This document shows positions 1 through 8,889 of a stretch of 64,000 bases of DNA, one piece after another. The notes under the pieces were generated by a model. It worked only from the letters and a program-made list of their open reading frames with translations, was not told the origin of the DNA and ran no database searches. How positions within the stretch are numbered: the first letter of the stretch is position 1; every line of letters starts with the position of its first letter. Made by a program: the position numbers and the translations under genes. The DNA comes from Nitrosopumilaceae archaeon (lineage in GTDB: Archaea; Thermoproteota; Nitrososphaeria; Nitrososphaerales; Nitrosopumilaceae), in NCBI GenBank assembly GCA_049414205.1, contig JBMSGE010000002.1, positions 7,207-71,206 on the forward strand, read 5' to 3'.

Positions 1-259
1 TATTACAAACTAGACAGACATACTTTACTTTAGCACTGCCTCCTGAGCCAGATCCAAAGAATCCGCCTCCTCCTCCTGAACCAGAGTCACCATATCCACC
101 CATTCTACTCATAGCACGTCTTCTCAACAATAGAGGGAATACGATGAAAATTCCCAAAGCAGCAGCCAAACCATATGGAAATGGCAAAATCATTTGTAAG
201 CCTATACTGATGGCTAATGACGCAAATAAGAAAATCAAGTAAGTTTTGAAATTGAACAA
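1..259 (-). CDS. partial small membrane protein with Gly/Ser-rich tail; 3' end lies beyond the window
   Basis: Own minus-strand translation, open to position 1: (M)FNFKTYLIFLFASLAISIGLQMILPFPYGLAAALGIFIVFPLLLRRRAMSRMGGYGDSGSGGGGGFFGSGSGGSAKVKYVCLVCN... Start is TTG at 259 or 238. Absent from the ORF track because it is truncated. Confidence 0.35.
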   Translation of the reverse strand, partial: MFNFKTYLIFLFASLAISIGLQMILPFPYGLAAALGIFIVFPLLLRRRAMSRMGGYGDSGSGGGGGFFGSGSGGSAKVKYVCLVCN

Positions 260-340
260 TTTATAGAAAATACCTTTAAAATCCTTATAAAGTTTTGTCA
301 GTATTTCTCAAATTACCATCATAAAAAATCAAATTTTTAA

Positions 341-739
341 TTAAACAATTTCAAGTTTTATGGAATTTCCTTTACTATCCCATGCAAAAATATCCTCATC
401 ACCATATGGGAATTGGACAATTAAGGATACAAGTCCGAAAAAATTATGGAGATCAGTCAGAGAGGGTTCAGCTGAGCCACTTGGATGGGAATGTACAATT
501 CCAACATAGCTCATATCAAATGGCAAAAAGGAATGTGGAAAGCCTGCAAATGTAGGACCTGTATGGCTAAACGGTGGAATTACTAGTCCATCAATCAAAA
601 TATTGCCTTTTTTGGATTTTCCCTTTAAAATTAGAATGCTTTCGTTTGGATGTTTTATCTTGCAATAAGATGAAATGCTATCTACGACATCCTGTTTTAA
701 TGAAACGCTTCGTTCATAGTTTTTCTTTTTAAAGAGCAT
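341..739 (-). CDS. JAB1/MPN/Mov34 (JAMM) metalloprotease
   Basis: Exact JAMM motif HSHPSGSAEPSLTD (HxHx7Sx2D) with an upstream Glu (NESILIL). 132 aa. Confidence 0.8.
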   Translation of the reverse strand: MLFKKKNYERSVSLKQDVVDSISSYCKIKHPNESILILKGKSKKGNILIDGLVIPPFSHTGPTFAGFPHSFLPFDMSYVGIVHSHPSGSAEPSLTDLHNFFGLVSLIVQFPYGDEDIFAWDSKGNSIKLEIV

Positions 740-764
740 AACAATGATTTTTCCATAATACTAT

Positions 765-2051
765 TTAATTTTCAGCCGGTCTCACAATATTATAGCGAGT
801 GCTTGAAAACTTTTTGAGCATATTTTCAATTTCATTTATTTTATTTGGCATTTTTTCCTTGTTTTCCTTAATATCTTTTTGAAAGGAAGCAATTTTAGAT
901 TCAGTATCAGTTTTTTGTTCAATTATTTTTTTCAAATTATTTTCCAATTCTAAAAGCTCGGCATTATCAAAAGCAGATATTTGGTTTTGAATTTCCTTTC
1001 TTTTTTCGTTATAATTTTTGACTTTGTCAATAAATCCTTCAAGGCTTTCTTCAGTTTCAGTAAGATGAGACATGGTTTTTTCAACATCTTTAACAGAAAT
1101 AGAACCAGAAGTAATTCCTTTTCGAACATTTTCCAAAATTACAATAATAGAATCTTTGTTAGATGGTAATAATACCTCTATTGGATCACTGATTAATTGA
1201 GACAGTAGTGTTTTTTGCTCCTTGTCTAGAGAAGAGGCATATTCATACCGTCCTAAAGGTCTAGATATTTTTGTAAATTGTGAATCAACCTCATTTTTTA
1301 TTTTGGTTTTTGTGGTACTGAATGAAGACAATGTTTCATTTAATTTGATAAATTCAGAGTAACTTTCACTTGATTTTATTTTTTCAATGGCATTTTGTGC
1401 AGTTTTTATTTTTTCATCAAATAATCCCAGATTGTTTTTTAATTCTAGTATTCTCTGGTTTTTTGAGATAGTGTCATCTTGGGTCTGTTTAATTTCCTTT
1501 AGTGAATTTAAGATATTTTCAGAAGTAGTGTTACTGTCTTGAAAATTTTTAATTAAATTCTGAATTTCCGTGTTGTGTGAATTCATATCAGATAAAATCT
1601 CCTTTAGGTTTTCGGCATATTTTTTTGCAAAAATATGAATTACTCTAGTTTGTCTTCCAAGAACATCACCCATTTTTTTTAATCTTTGATTTAGAATATT
1701 GCTCATTTCAATTACATCATCTAGTGATGAAATATCAGGTAGTGGTGAAGATTCTTTTTTTATTATTTCAATAACTTGTTTTTTTCCACGTACAACAATT
1801 ATTCTAAGATGTTTGTCAATGTCATCGACCTTCAAATCATCCTTTTCAAGGGTTTTCCCTATACTTCCAAGTTCTTTAATTAAAGGAGAAATTTGTTTAT
1901 CAAGTGCTTTAATTTCTGCAAGTGTCTGAGTAGTGCGAAGTTTTAACAAATCAGAGGTAATTTTTTGTACATCAGATAATTGAATCTCCTTTTGTTGTGG
2001 GACTTCTTCTGGAGGCTTTTCCTCTTTTTTCTTACCCCATCCAAACACCAT
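765..2051 (-). CDS. long coiled-coil protein, function unknown
   Basis: 428 aa, K/E/L/I/N/Q-rich with a heptad-like character throughout. Lies 25 nt upstream of the JAMM gene on the same strand. Confidence 0.6.
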   Translation of the reverse strand: MVFGWGKKKEEKPPEEVPQQKEIQLSDVQKITSDLLKLRTTQTLAEIKALDKQISPLIKELGSIGKTLEKDDLKVDDIDKHLRIIVVRGKKQVIEIIKKESSPLPDISSLDDVIEMSNILNQRLKKMGDVLGRQTRVIHIFAKKYAENLKEILSDMNSHNTEIQNLIKNFQDSNTTSENILNSLKEIKQTQDDTISKNQRILELKNNLGLFDEKIKTAQNAIEKIKSSESYSEFIKLNETLSSFSTTKTKIKNEVDSQFTKISRPLGRYEYASSLDKEQKTLLSQLISDPIEVLLPSNKDSIIVILENVRKGITSGSISVKDVEKTMSHLTETEESLEGFIDKVKNYNEKRKEIQNQISAFDNAELLELENNLKKIIEQKTDTESKIASFQKDIKENKEKMPNKINEIENMLKKFSSTRYNIVRPAEN

Positions 2052-2125
2052 TTGTATTAGTTATTTTTTGGGGATTAAATGTGTTAGATAATTAAATTTA
2101 AAATCAAGGCAAAAAACAAGATTTT

Positions 2126-2581
2126 ATGAAATCTACAAAGTCATTTCACACAGGAACTGTAAAAAAATCGATGCTCATCAAAGCCCCTAAACAGAAAGTT
2201 TGGAGAAAAATTAGCAATATTGTTGGGCTGCCTGAATGGCTAATTGATGTTAAAAAAACCGTATACCTATCCAAAAAAAAGCGTGGAATTGGTGCAATTA
2301 GAGAAATCACATTCAATGATGGAAATACAATCGAGGAGCATGTAGTAGCATGGAAAAATGGTGAATATTTTACATACATTGCAACAGAGGGGCTGCCTCT
2401 TCGGGCGTATGTTGCAACCATATCAATTAAACCAAAAAGTCGAAATTCTGTTCAGATAACATGGGAGTCTTATGTGAATAGCAAAAAGATGACAGAGAAA
2501 GAATTTCTAGAATTTCTGGTATTCATGGGCACGTTCTATGAAACATCTTTATCTAATCTAAAAGAGATTTTAGAGAAATAA
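2126..2581 (+). CDS. SRPBCC (Bet v1/polyketide-cyclase-like) family protein
   Basis: 151 aa. N-terminal 'IKAPKQKVWRKISNIVGLPEWL' and the overall length and pattern are typical of SRPBCC ligand-binding proteins. Confidence 0.65.
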   Translation: MKSTKSFHTGTVKKSMLIKAPKQKVWRKISNIVGLPEWLIDVKKTVYLSKKKRGIGAIREITFNDGNTIEEHVVAWKNGEYFTYIATEGLPLRAYVATISIKPKSRNSVQITWESYVNSKKMTEKEFLEFLVFMGTFYETSLSNLKEILEK

Positions 2582-2625
2582 TTTTTGAAATCAAAGTGTA
2601 AATACAGTGAATTCAAATAAAAATT

Positions 2626-2979
2626 ATGAGCGATATTCGCTTTGTGCTAATAGGAGTTGCCGTGATATTTGTTGGCTTTTTAGTGCTTGGAATTTTTGGA
2701 GAAAATTATCAAGCCTCCAATATTGAAACCAACGAATTTGGAAACTGTTTTGAATATTCAGAAGACAAAGAACCAATTCCCATCGATTGTTCTGTAAAAT
2801 CATTTGATCAAAATCTCTTCTTTGGCACCGTCATTGCATTGATTGTTGCAGGAATAATTGCTTTGATTAAGGGGGCAAGAGGCGATTGGGACAGCAAGGT
2901 AAAACCAGAAGACATGGTTGGTCCAAGCAGAGATAACAGAAGTAACGGGAATGATTCTGATCCAAATACCGAAAAATAA
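2626..2979 (+). CDS. membrane protein (2 TM), function unknown
   Basis: Two hydrophobic helices (IRFVLIGVAVIFVGFLVLGIF and LFFGTVIALIVAGIIALI) followed by a charged tail. Confidence 0.5.
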   Translation: MSDIRFVLIGVAVIFVGFLVLGIFGENYQASNIETNEFGNCFEYSEDKEPIPIDCSVKSFDQNLFFGTVIALIVAGIIALIKGARGDWDSKVKPEDMVGPSRDNRSNGNDSDPNTEK

Positions 2980-3155
2980 ACTCTAAGATTTTTTAGAGAA
3001 TTGCTTTTCTTTTTTGTTATGCTCAGATTCCTCTTCTAACCTTTGAAAATAAACTTCCTCATATGGCATTTCTAGAAGATACTTGCAAAATTTGCATTTA
3101 ACCTTTAGTCATAATTTGTGCCTGAGAGTGGCGAAATAAAAGGTATTTTTGTTTT

Positions 3156-3533
3156 TTATTTTTTTTCAATAATTTTTTTTAGATTTTGAAAGAGTTCATC
3201 AACCTCAACCATTCGTTTATCAAATTGTTCATCTGTTAGAGTCTCAGGTTTTGGTATGGTGATTATAACTTCAGATTCATCCCCGCTTGGAACTACTCGC
3301 ATAGGAACTTCCCAGGCCGACTCATCATCTTCATAAAGATGATCTAAAATTCCAAATGTCTTATTGTGTTTGAATTTCAGGTTTGCATTTCCCCTAGGGG
3401 TTGAAAAGGACCACGATCCATCACCGTTTTGTTTGGCATCAGGCATCATTTGTGGCGGGGCGTTTAGTATTGCATCAAAAACCTCACCGGTTTTTTGGCT
3501 TACCGACATAGTTATTGTTCTAGATCTTACCAC
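3156..3533 (-). CDS. hypothetical protein
   Basis: 125-aa ORF with protein-like composition. The antisense ORF 3364..3558 looks like a shadow. Confidence 0.5.
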   Translation of the reverse strand: MVRSRTITMSVSQKTGEVFDAILNAPPQMMPDAKQNGDGSWSFSTPRGNANLKFKHNKTFGILDHLYEDDESAWEVPMRVVPSGDESEVIITIPKPETLTDEQFDKRMVEVDELFQNLKKIIEKK

Positions 3534-3668
3534 AAGACAGGTTGTAATTGATAGTTAAAAAGCATGTTGTAGAAATTATAAGTTGTTACTTGGATTCAAT
3601 TACAAATCATAGATCAAAAAAACTGAACGATGCAATAACCTCATATAATATGAAAAAATTTAAGCAAT

Positions 3669-4190
3669 ATGTTCAAATTTAGAGTAATCATATTTTTTGT
3701 TTTTATGGGAATTTTTTCACTTTCATTTCAAATCGGTGCAACGACAGAAGTTAGTCCACAAGAGGCCAATGATTTTGTTCAGGATTTTTTATCAGCAACA
3801 CAAGATAGTGACGGTCTGGGGTTTTTTGTTAATAACGTATCTGCATCATTGCCAATGTTTGTTCCAGGAATAGGAACAATTCTTGGAATCTATTCCGGGT
3901 GGTCTACTGGTTTTGGTTTTGCAGCAATAGCTACAATGGCACCAGGATTGGCAGATATTGAACCATTAACAATTTTGTACTATTCACCATATGGAATAAT
4001 GGAGTTAGTGGCTTATTCAATTGCCATGTCCCGTAGTTTTCTTGTGGTGTATTCACTAGTGAAAAAAGTAAATCCAAAATCCCTTATCAAACCAAGCGTA
4101 ATTGAGATTGGAGTTGTAGTGGGAATACTCATAATTGCAGGATATTTAGAAGAATATTTGATTCAGGCATCTCAAACCCCGCCTATGTAG
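3669..4190 (+). CDS. SpoIIM/DUF95-like integral membrane protein
   Basis: 173 aa with about 4 TM segments. 'YGIMELVAYSIAMSRS' resembles the SpoIIM-family core. Confidence 0.5.
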   Translation: MFKFRVIIFFVFMGIFSLSFQIGATTEVSPQEANDFVQDFLSATQDSDGLGFFVNNVSASLPMFVPGIGTILGIYSGWSTGFGFAAIATMAPGLADIEPLTILYYSPYGIMELVAYSIAMSRSFLVVYSLVKKVNPKSLIKPSVIEIGVVVGILIIAGYLEEYLIQASQTPPM

Positions 4191-5020
4191 AGAAAATAAT
4201 TTGAATTTTTTGAGGATATGAAAAAACACTGTTTTGATTTTTATGTTTCTGGTTTATCGCTATTCTTTTCTTGAGGATTCACATAAACTTGGTAAATGAA
4301 ATACCATGGATCCATGTTGATATTCTCTAAATGTTCTTGAATGAGTTTGCTGTTGTCTTCTGTTTCCTTTTCAGGAATTTTACTCATCAATTATTATCCT
4401 CATACATCTAGATAAGTAATTTCCCAGAAAATATTACGTTTTTAGAGAATTTTGCATTAACTCCATGCCTATCAGCAATCAAAATCTTCTATGTCATCTG
4501 TGTCAGGGTTTATGTTCAAATGCTTTAGAATATTTTTTTTGTGAGGCAATTTTATTATATTCATATCTTATGGGCTTAATATATTCTAGATTGTAAAAAA
4601 TTTTACAAACCCTTTGTCAAAAAGTTAGAATTTTGATTGTACATTGAGTCAGAGTTTGCATTAATTGGTGTTTACAATGTAATACAATTGTCAAAAATAT
4701 CTTCATTATAGTTAATGGATGATATAATTTTGATTAGATAATTTACACTAAATTGGTTTTAATCTATATTCAAAAAATAGATTTTGCCGTTACAAGGTTT
4801 GTAGGCAAAACCTAGTTGGTGAAAAAAACCATACGGAAAGAAAAACCTTCAATAATTTATCTAAACTTTAACATCTGGTTTATCATTCAAACTAACAAAA
4901 CCTGTCTTATGATGTAGAAAATTTTTTCAAAATTGCATCTAGTGGCATAGATTTTCTCCAAATTATTCTCATACTAATTAATAATTCACCGTGTCTTCGA
5001 TTTTGGTAAAAAACTCAAGA

Positions 5021-5365
5021 TTAGATAGCATCTTGTCCTTGCTCTACGGTTCTTATGCGAATAACGTCACTTACATCGGAGACAAAGATTTTTCCGTCAC
5101 CGGGCTTCCCAGTAGAAGCATTAGAGGCGATAGAATTCACAATTTTATTTACTTCTTCTTCTATGCAGACTATCTCTATCTTTCTTTTTGGAACCAGATC
5201 ATCGGCTTCATAGTCCTCGGAACTTGCACCAGATCGTATCATTCCGATTTGGTCCCCTCTACCCCTAACCTCATAAGTGGTCATTCCCTTAACACCTAAT
5301 TTTGTCAGAGTAGTTTTTACTTCTTGAAACTTTGTATCTCGAATTATCGCTTCAATTTTTTTCAT
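5021..5365 (-). CDS. PII nitrogen-regulatory family protein with a long acidic T-loop
   Basis: MKKIEAIIR...GRGDQ...KIEIVC...GKPGDGKIFVSDVSDVIRIRT matches the PII fold signature. Confidence 0.9.
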   Translation of the reverse strand: MKKIEAIIRDTKFQEVKTTLTKLGVKGMTTYEVRGRGDQIGMIRSGASSEDYEADDLVPKRKIEIVCIEEEVNKIVNSIASNASTGKPGDGKIFVSDVSDVIRIRTVEQGQDAI

Positions 5366-5436
5366 GTATAAGAACAGCTGCTCTACGATAAAAACATCGT
5401 TTAGAAAATTTTCAAAAAATTTTTGATTTATTCAAA

Positions 5437-6285
5437 TTATTTCAAAAATGCAAGTGCCTTTACAATATCGGTTTTGCTAATAATTCCAATCAAGTTATCA
5501 TTACCAGATAAAACTCCAGCACCGTTGATGTTACTATCCAACATCAGTTTTCCTGTTTTGGCAAGATCTTCATCATATTTTACCGAAACAATGTTTTTGC
5601 TCATAACTTCACTGGCCTTTGTTGTTCCTCCAAAACCCGAATCAGAGATGAAACCTTTTCTTGGAAATATTACAGAAATCATAGGATCAGAGTTATCAAG
5701 TACATCTTCTTGCTCACCTAATTTCAAGGACATATTGAAAAGATCTCTAAACGTGATGATACCTACTGGGCTTTCCTTTTTATCTCTTAGAACAATTCTA
5801 GATATTTTTTCATCTATCATTTTCAATACAATGGTAGAAAGAGAGGAATCAGAATACTGCCAAGCATAGTAAGGAGTCATATATTCGCCAACAAGTTTTT
5901 CATCTGCATGAGATAACGCAAAATATCTAACTAGATCAGATTTAGTGATTATGCCAATAATGTTGTCATCAGATGCAATTGCCAGGGAACCAATACTGTT
6001 CTCAAGCATCATTTGTGCACATTTGTCTAGGGATGTATCCTCAGGGATGGAAATTATTTTATTTGCAACTTCTGTTACGGGGATTTCATCAAGTTTTCTT
6101 TCAGACACATCAGAAAACAAAAACAGTCCCAGATCCTTCTCAGATACTATATGAGTAATTTTTCCATTAGTTAAAACCAAAAGGCGGCTTTTCTTTTCAT
6201 CGATAATTTTCTGCAAAACCTCAGCTAAATTTGAAGTGCTGTTAATCGCAATAGGATCATTCATGTATGATTTTACTGAATCCAT
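5437..6285 (-). CDS. CBS-domain protein (four CBS repeats)
   Basis: Four repeats of the CBS pattern, e.g. GIITKSDLVRYF, GIITFRDLFNM and GIISKTDIVKAL. Confidence 0.85.
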   Translation of the reverse strand: MDSVKSYMNDPIAINSTSNLAEVLQKIIDEKKSRLLVLTNGKITHIVSEKDLGLFLFSDVSERKLDEIPVTEVANKIISIPEDTSLDKCAQMMLENSIGSLAIASDDNIIGIITKSDLVRYFALSHADEKLVGEYMTPYYAWQYSDSSLSTIVLKMIDEKISRIVLRDKKESPVGIITFRDLFNMSLKLGEQEDVLDNSDPMISVIFPRKGFISDSGFGGTTKASEVMSKNIVSVKYDEDLAKTGKLMLDSNINGAGVLSGNDNLIGIISKTDIVKALAFLK

Positions 6286-6352
6286 AATACCTATTGAGAT
6301 TAAACGTTATAAAAAATAAAAGGCAATTACCAACAAGCGAATTGAATCAATT

Positions 6353-6550
6353 CTATTCTGTTGGCTTTGCCTTTTTTCCACGAGCCTTTGTTCTTAAAAC
6401 AGCCTGACAACATACGCATCTTATTTTTTCCGTAGTTAGAAAAAGCCCACAGAACGTACATCTCTTCTGACCAAGTTTGTATCTCACTCTATTTGGAACA
6501 GGCTCTGCCCTATGCATCACACATATTCCTCTACATGTTCTCCCCATCAC
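6353..6550 (-). CDS. Cys-rich zinc-finger microprotein
   Basis: 65 aa with CRGIC...CTFC...CVCC and a basic tail. Its start overlaps the TFB stop (ATGA). Confidence 0.6.
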   Translation of the reverse strand: MMGRTCRGICVMHRAEPVPNRVRYKLGQKRCTFCGLFLTTEKIRCVCCQAVLRTKARGKKAKPTE

Positions 6551-7449
6551 ATATCACCTCCTATTTTTAGTCGGATTTCTTTTGCTCTATCTCGGATAGT
6601 TACAGGACTGATTCCCGATGCTTCAGCAATTTTAATTTGTGAAATTTTCTCTCCGTTTGAAAGTGAAGCGAGATGAACTACTGCAGCTGCCATTGCCATA
6701 GGGTTTTTGCTGACACTTATTCCATTATCTTGTACAGTTTCCATCATTTTCAGGGCAATCATGCGTGTTTTGTTCCCTGCCCCAACTGCGGTTGCAACTC
6801 GTTCAACAAAATCAATGGGGCTAAAAGTTTCAGGATTAATTTCGAGTTCTTGCATCAGGAATCGGCATGCACCCTGAAGATATTTTCTCTTGACATTTCC
6901 TGCATTGGCAATATCTTGGATAGTTCTAGGAGTGTTTGTCAACCTACATGACATGTATACTGTTGCACACAAAATTCCGATTGTTGAGCGACCACTCAGA
7001 ATTTTTTTTGCAGATGCCTTTCTGAAAAGATATGCAGATTTTTCAACTACAGATTCGGGTAAACCAAGCTTTGCCTTGATTGCATCAAGCATGGTGAATG
7101 CTTTAGTAAAGGATTTTTGCTCTTGCTTGTATCTGCTATTTCTATCCCATAACCGAAGTCTATGAAATGTTCTAGCATTTTCTGAAGAAAGACTTTTCCC
7201 AGTAGAATCTTTGTTGTTTTTCTGAATTACCGTTGATAACCCCATATCGGAAAGCTTGAGTGTTAATTTTCTTCCAACTCTTGTGTTAGACTCGTATTCT
7301 TCTTTGGAGACTCCAACTTGTTCAGGTCCAGTAACTACTGCCTTCTCCAAAATTACAGAGCCGCAACTACCACAAGCAATTTCACCTGTAGAGATATCAG
7401 TTATAGGATATAGGTTCTTGCAGTTTTTTTCATGAATAACAGACATCAA
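6547..7449 (-). CDS. tfb: transcription initiation factor B (TFB/TFIIB) paralogue 1
   Basis: 300 aa with an N-terminal ribbon (ACGSCGSV) and two cyclin-fold repeats. C-terminal HTH is 'IAEASGISPVTIRDRAKEI'. The first Zn knuckle is reduced to a single Cys (NCKN). Confidence 0.9.
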   Translation of the reverse strand: MMSVIHEKNCKNLYPITDISTGEIACGSCGSVILEKAVVTGPEQVGVSKEEYESNTRVGRKLTLKLSDMGLSTVIQKNNKDSTGKSLSSENARTFHRLRLWDRNSRYKQEQKSFTKAFTMLDAIKAKLGLPESVVEKSAYLFRKASAKKILSGRSTIGILCATVYMSCRLTNTPRTIQDIANAGNVKRKYLQGACRFLMQELEINPETFSPIDFVERVATAVGAGNKTRMIALKMMETVQDNGISVSKNPMAMAAAVVHLASLSNGEKISQIKIAEASGISPVTIRDRAKEIRLKIGGDM

Positions 7450-7649
7450 AAGTCATACCTCCTTGGAATTTTTTGGCTCTTTAAATGAGAGAAAACAAAT
7501 AGACTGCCACAATTTTCACAGGATATTCCAAATTCATAATTGTCTACATTAGAGTGTCCGCACTCAACACAGATTTTTAATTTGGAATTTATCATAAAAC
7601 ATTTCTTTGTATTTTTCAAATCAATTTGTGGGAAAGTTATTTGGCTCAT
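7446..7649 (-). CDS. zinc-ribbon microprotein
   Basis: 67 aa with CVECG...CENCG. Its stop overlaps the TFB start by 4 nt. Confidence 0.6.
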   Translation of the reverse strand: MSQITFPQIDLKNTKKCFMINSKLKICVECGHSNVDNYEFGISCENCGSLFVFSHLKSQKIPRRYDF

Positions 7650-7669
7650 GGAATAACTAGTTCGTTAAA

Positions 7670-7707
7670 TTATTTAAGATGGTGGTAAATTAGGCTACTA
7701 GTGCTAA
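7670..7707 (-). promoter_or_regulatory. promoter of the ZnR-TFB-ZnF operon
   Basis: Minus-strand read: TTAGCACTAG-TAGCCTAATTTACCACCATC-TTAAATAA, then 20 nt to the ATG at 7649. Confidence 0.6.
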
Positions 7708-7748
7708 TTTTATTATAGAAATAAAATTTGAAAAATAAAAAAGGAGGT

Positions 7749-8630
7749 TTAGCTAAGATTCAATGGAATGCTAGCACTTCCCCAAGGTTCGTTTATTCGA
7801 AATACATAATCTTTTGAAGAATCGTATTTGAATTCTGTGCCGCCATATCCGATGTTTGGACCAAAGAATATGTTGAAGGTTCTTGACTCACCTGGTTTGA
7901 TTACAAGTAAGCCACTGGTGAAGTCTGTTGATGCATACTTGAAGGATTTGCTTCCATCCCAGACATCATAATTACACACAGATGGACCTGAGCACATCAA
8001 CTGGAGGTTTTCATTACCAGTATTTTCTACTAACATGTCAATATTCAAGTGAGCATTACCAGATTGAGTAATCTCGACTTCTGCTCCAGGGTAGTAAAAT
8101 ATTGCAGATCCAACATTGTATGTTTCAGAATTGTTTTTAAATTCTAAAACCTTCATTTCATGTTTTACAGCTCTTTCACATTCTAATCGCTCATATGCTT
8201 TCTTGATGCTATTACACTCTTCAAGTTTTGCTTCAAGATTTCCTAATTCTTTACCATCAGAGGATCTAGGTTCTTCTACAGATTTGTCATTTGCACCAAT
8301 TGAAATTAATCCTGACTTTATCAGGAATTGTATTCCTTGCACAAATGATTCATCATCGATATCACCATTTGCCCACCAGGCTGCGTTGTTTTTAACCCAT
8401 TCAGGAACTCCCTGAGATTTTTGTTCAGATACCTGAGTTGGAGGAACCACGATTATTCCATCTTGAATAAGGAATTCGATTCCTTGAATAAATTCGGATT
8501 CAGAGATGGTTCCATCTGCCCACCACCCTGCATTATTTTTGACCCATGCAGGTACAGGCTCAGCGATTGCAAATTGAGCAATAGAACCTATCAATAAAAT
8601 TGCGGCAATTGAAGTAATTGTTGTTTTCAT
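7749..8630 (-). CDS. secreted protein with two tandem 'P(A/E)WVKNNAxWWAxG...F(I/V)QGI(E/Q)FLI' repeats
   Basis: Signal-peptide-like N-terminus (MKTTITSIAAILLIGSIAQFAIA). An internal repeat of about 50 aa is visible in both protein and DNA. Confidence 0.7.
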   Translation of the reverse strand: MKTTITSIAAILLIGSIAQFAIAEPVPAWVKNNAGWWADGTISESEFIQGIEFLIQDGIIVVPPTQVSEQKSQGVPEWVKNNAAWWANGDIDDESFVQGIQFLIKSGLISIGANDKSVEEPRSSDGKELGNLEAKLEECNSIKKAYERLECERAVKHEMKVLEFKNNSETYNVGSAIFYYPGAEVEITQSGNAHLNIDMLVENTGNENLQLMCSGPSVCNYDVWDGSKSFKYASTDFTSGLLVIKPGESRTFNIFFGPNIGYGGTEFKYDSSKDYVFRINEPWGSASIPLNLS

Positions 8631-8650
8631 TGAAACGAATTTGTGTTTAT

Positions 8651-8688
8651 AGTATTTAAAATAGTGCCAAAACCATACCTAGTGCTAA
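8651..8688 (-). promoter_or_regulatory. promoter of 7749..8630
   Basis: Minus-strand read: TTAGCACTAG-GTATGGTT-TTGGCACTAT-TTTAAATACT, then about 20 nt to the ATG at 8630. A third box, TTGGCACTAC, lies at 8704-8713. Confidence 0.6.
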
Positions 8689-8829
8689 AGTCTTTCGAAA
8701 TAATTGGCACTACTCATAAAATTTAGCCCTATTAATTGATCAGAGGAACTAGATGTATCTAAGACACACCTTCCTAATTTAAAAAAAATTAAAAATCAAA
8801 TAGATGTGAAGTCCCATTTTTTCAAATTC

Positions 8830-8868
8830 CTAGTGGTAACGTGGAATTTTTCACTTTGGCTTTATAAA
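8830..8868 (+). promoter_or_regulatory. promoter of the DUF1722 gene (inverted, degenerate box)
   Basis: CTAGTGGTAA (8830-8839), then 21 nt, then TTTATAAA (8861-8868), then 21 nt to the ATG at 8890. Confidence 0.4.
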
Positions 8869-8889
8869 CAAACAATCTCCGTTTAGAAC

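Noticed and set aside
981-1929. Plus-strand track ORFs 981..1169 and 1699..1929. Many similar antisense ORFs fall in the same class: 2146..2421, 3364..3558, 4991..5299, 5423..5869, 5945..6158, 6673..7165, 8116..8415, 12445..13249, 15250..15480, 15655..15948, 23071..23612, 24643..24876, 27022..27323, 27841..28155, 30595..30855, 33425..33613, 34334..34609, 34886..35293, 36715..37299, 37378..37828, 38775..39107, 39465..40196, 40773..41012, 44447..44926, 52178..52660 and others.
   Set aside because: Each lies entirely antisense to or overlapping a longer ORF with a recognisable family signature. Their composition is odd (Ser/Phe/Ile/Leu-rich, typical of AT-rich antisense frames). I treat them as shadow ORFs.
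4908-4915. C-box-like TATGATGT in the long spacer, considered as a possible C/D box sRNA.
   Set aside because: I found no matching D box (CTGA) and no terminal stem at a suitable distance.
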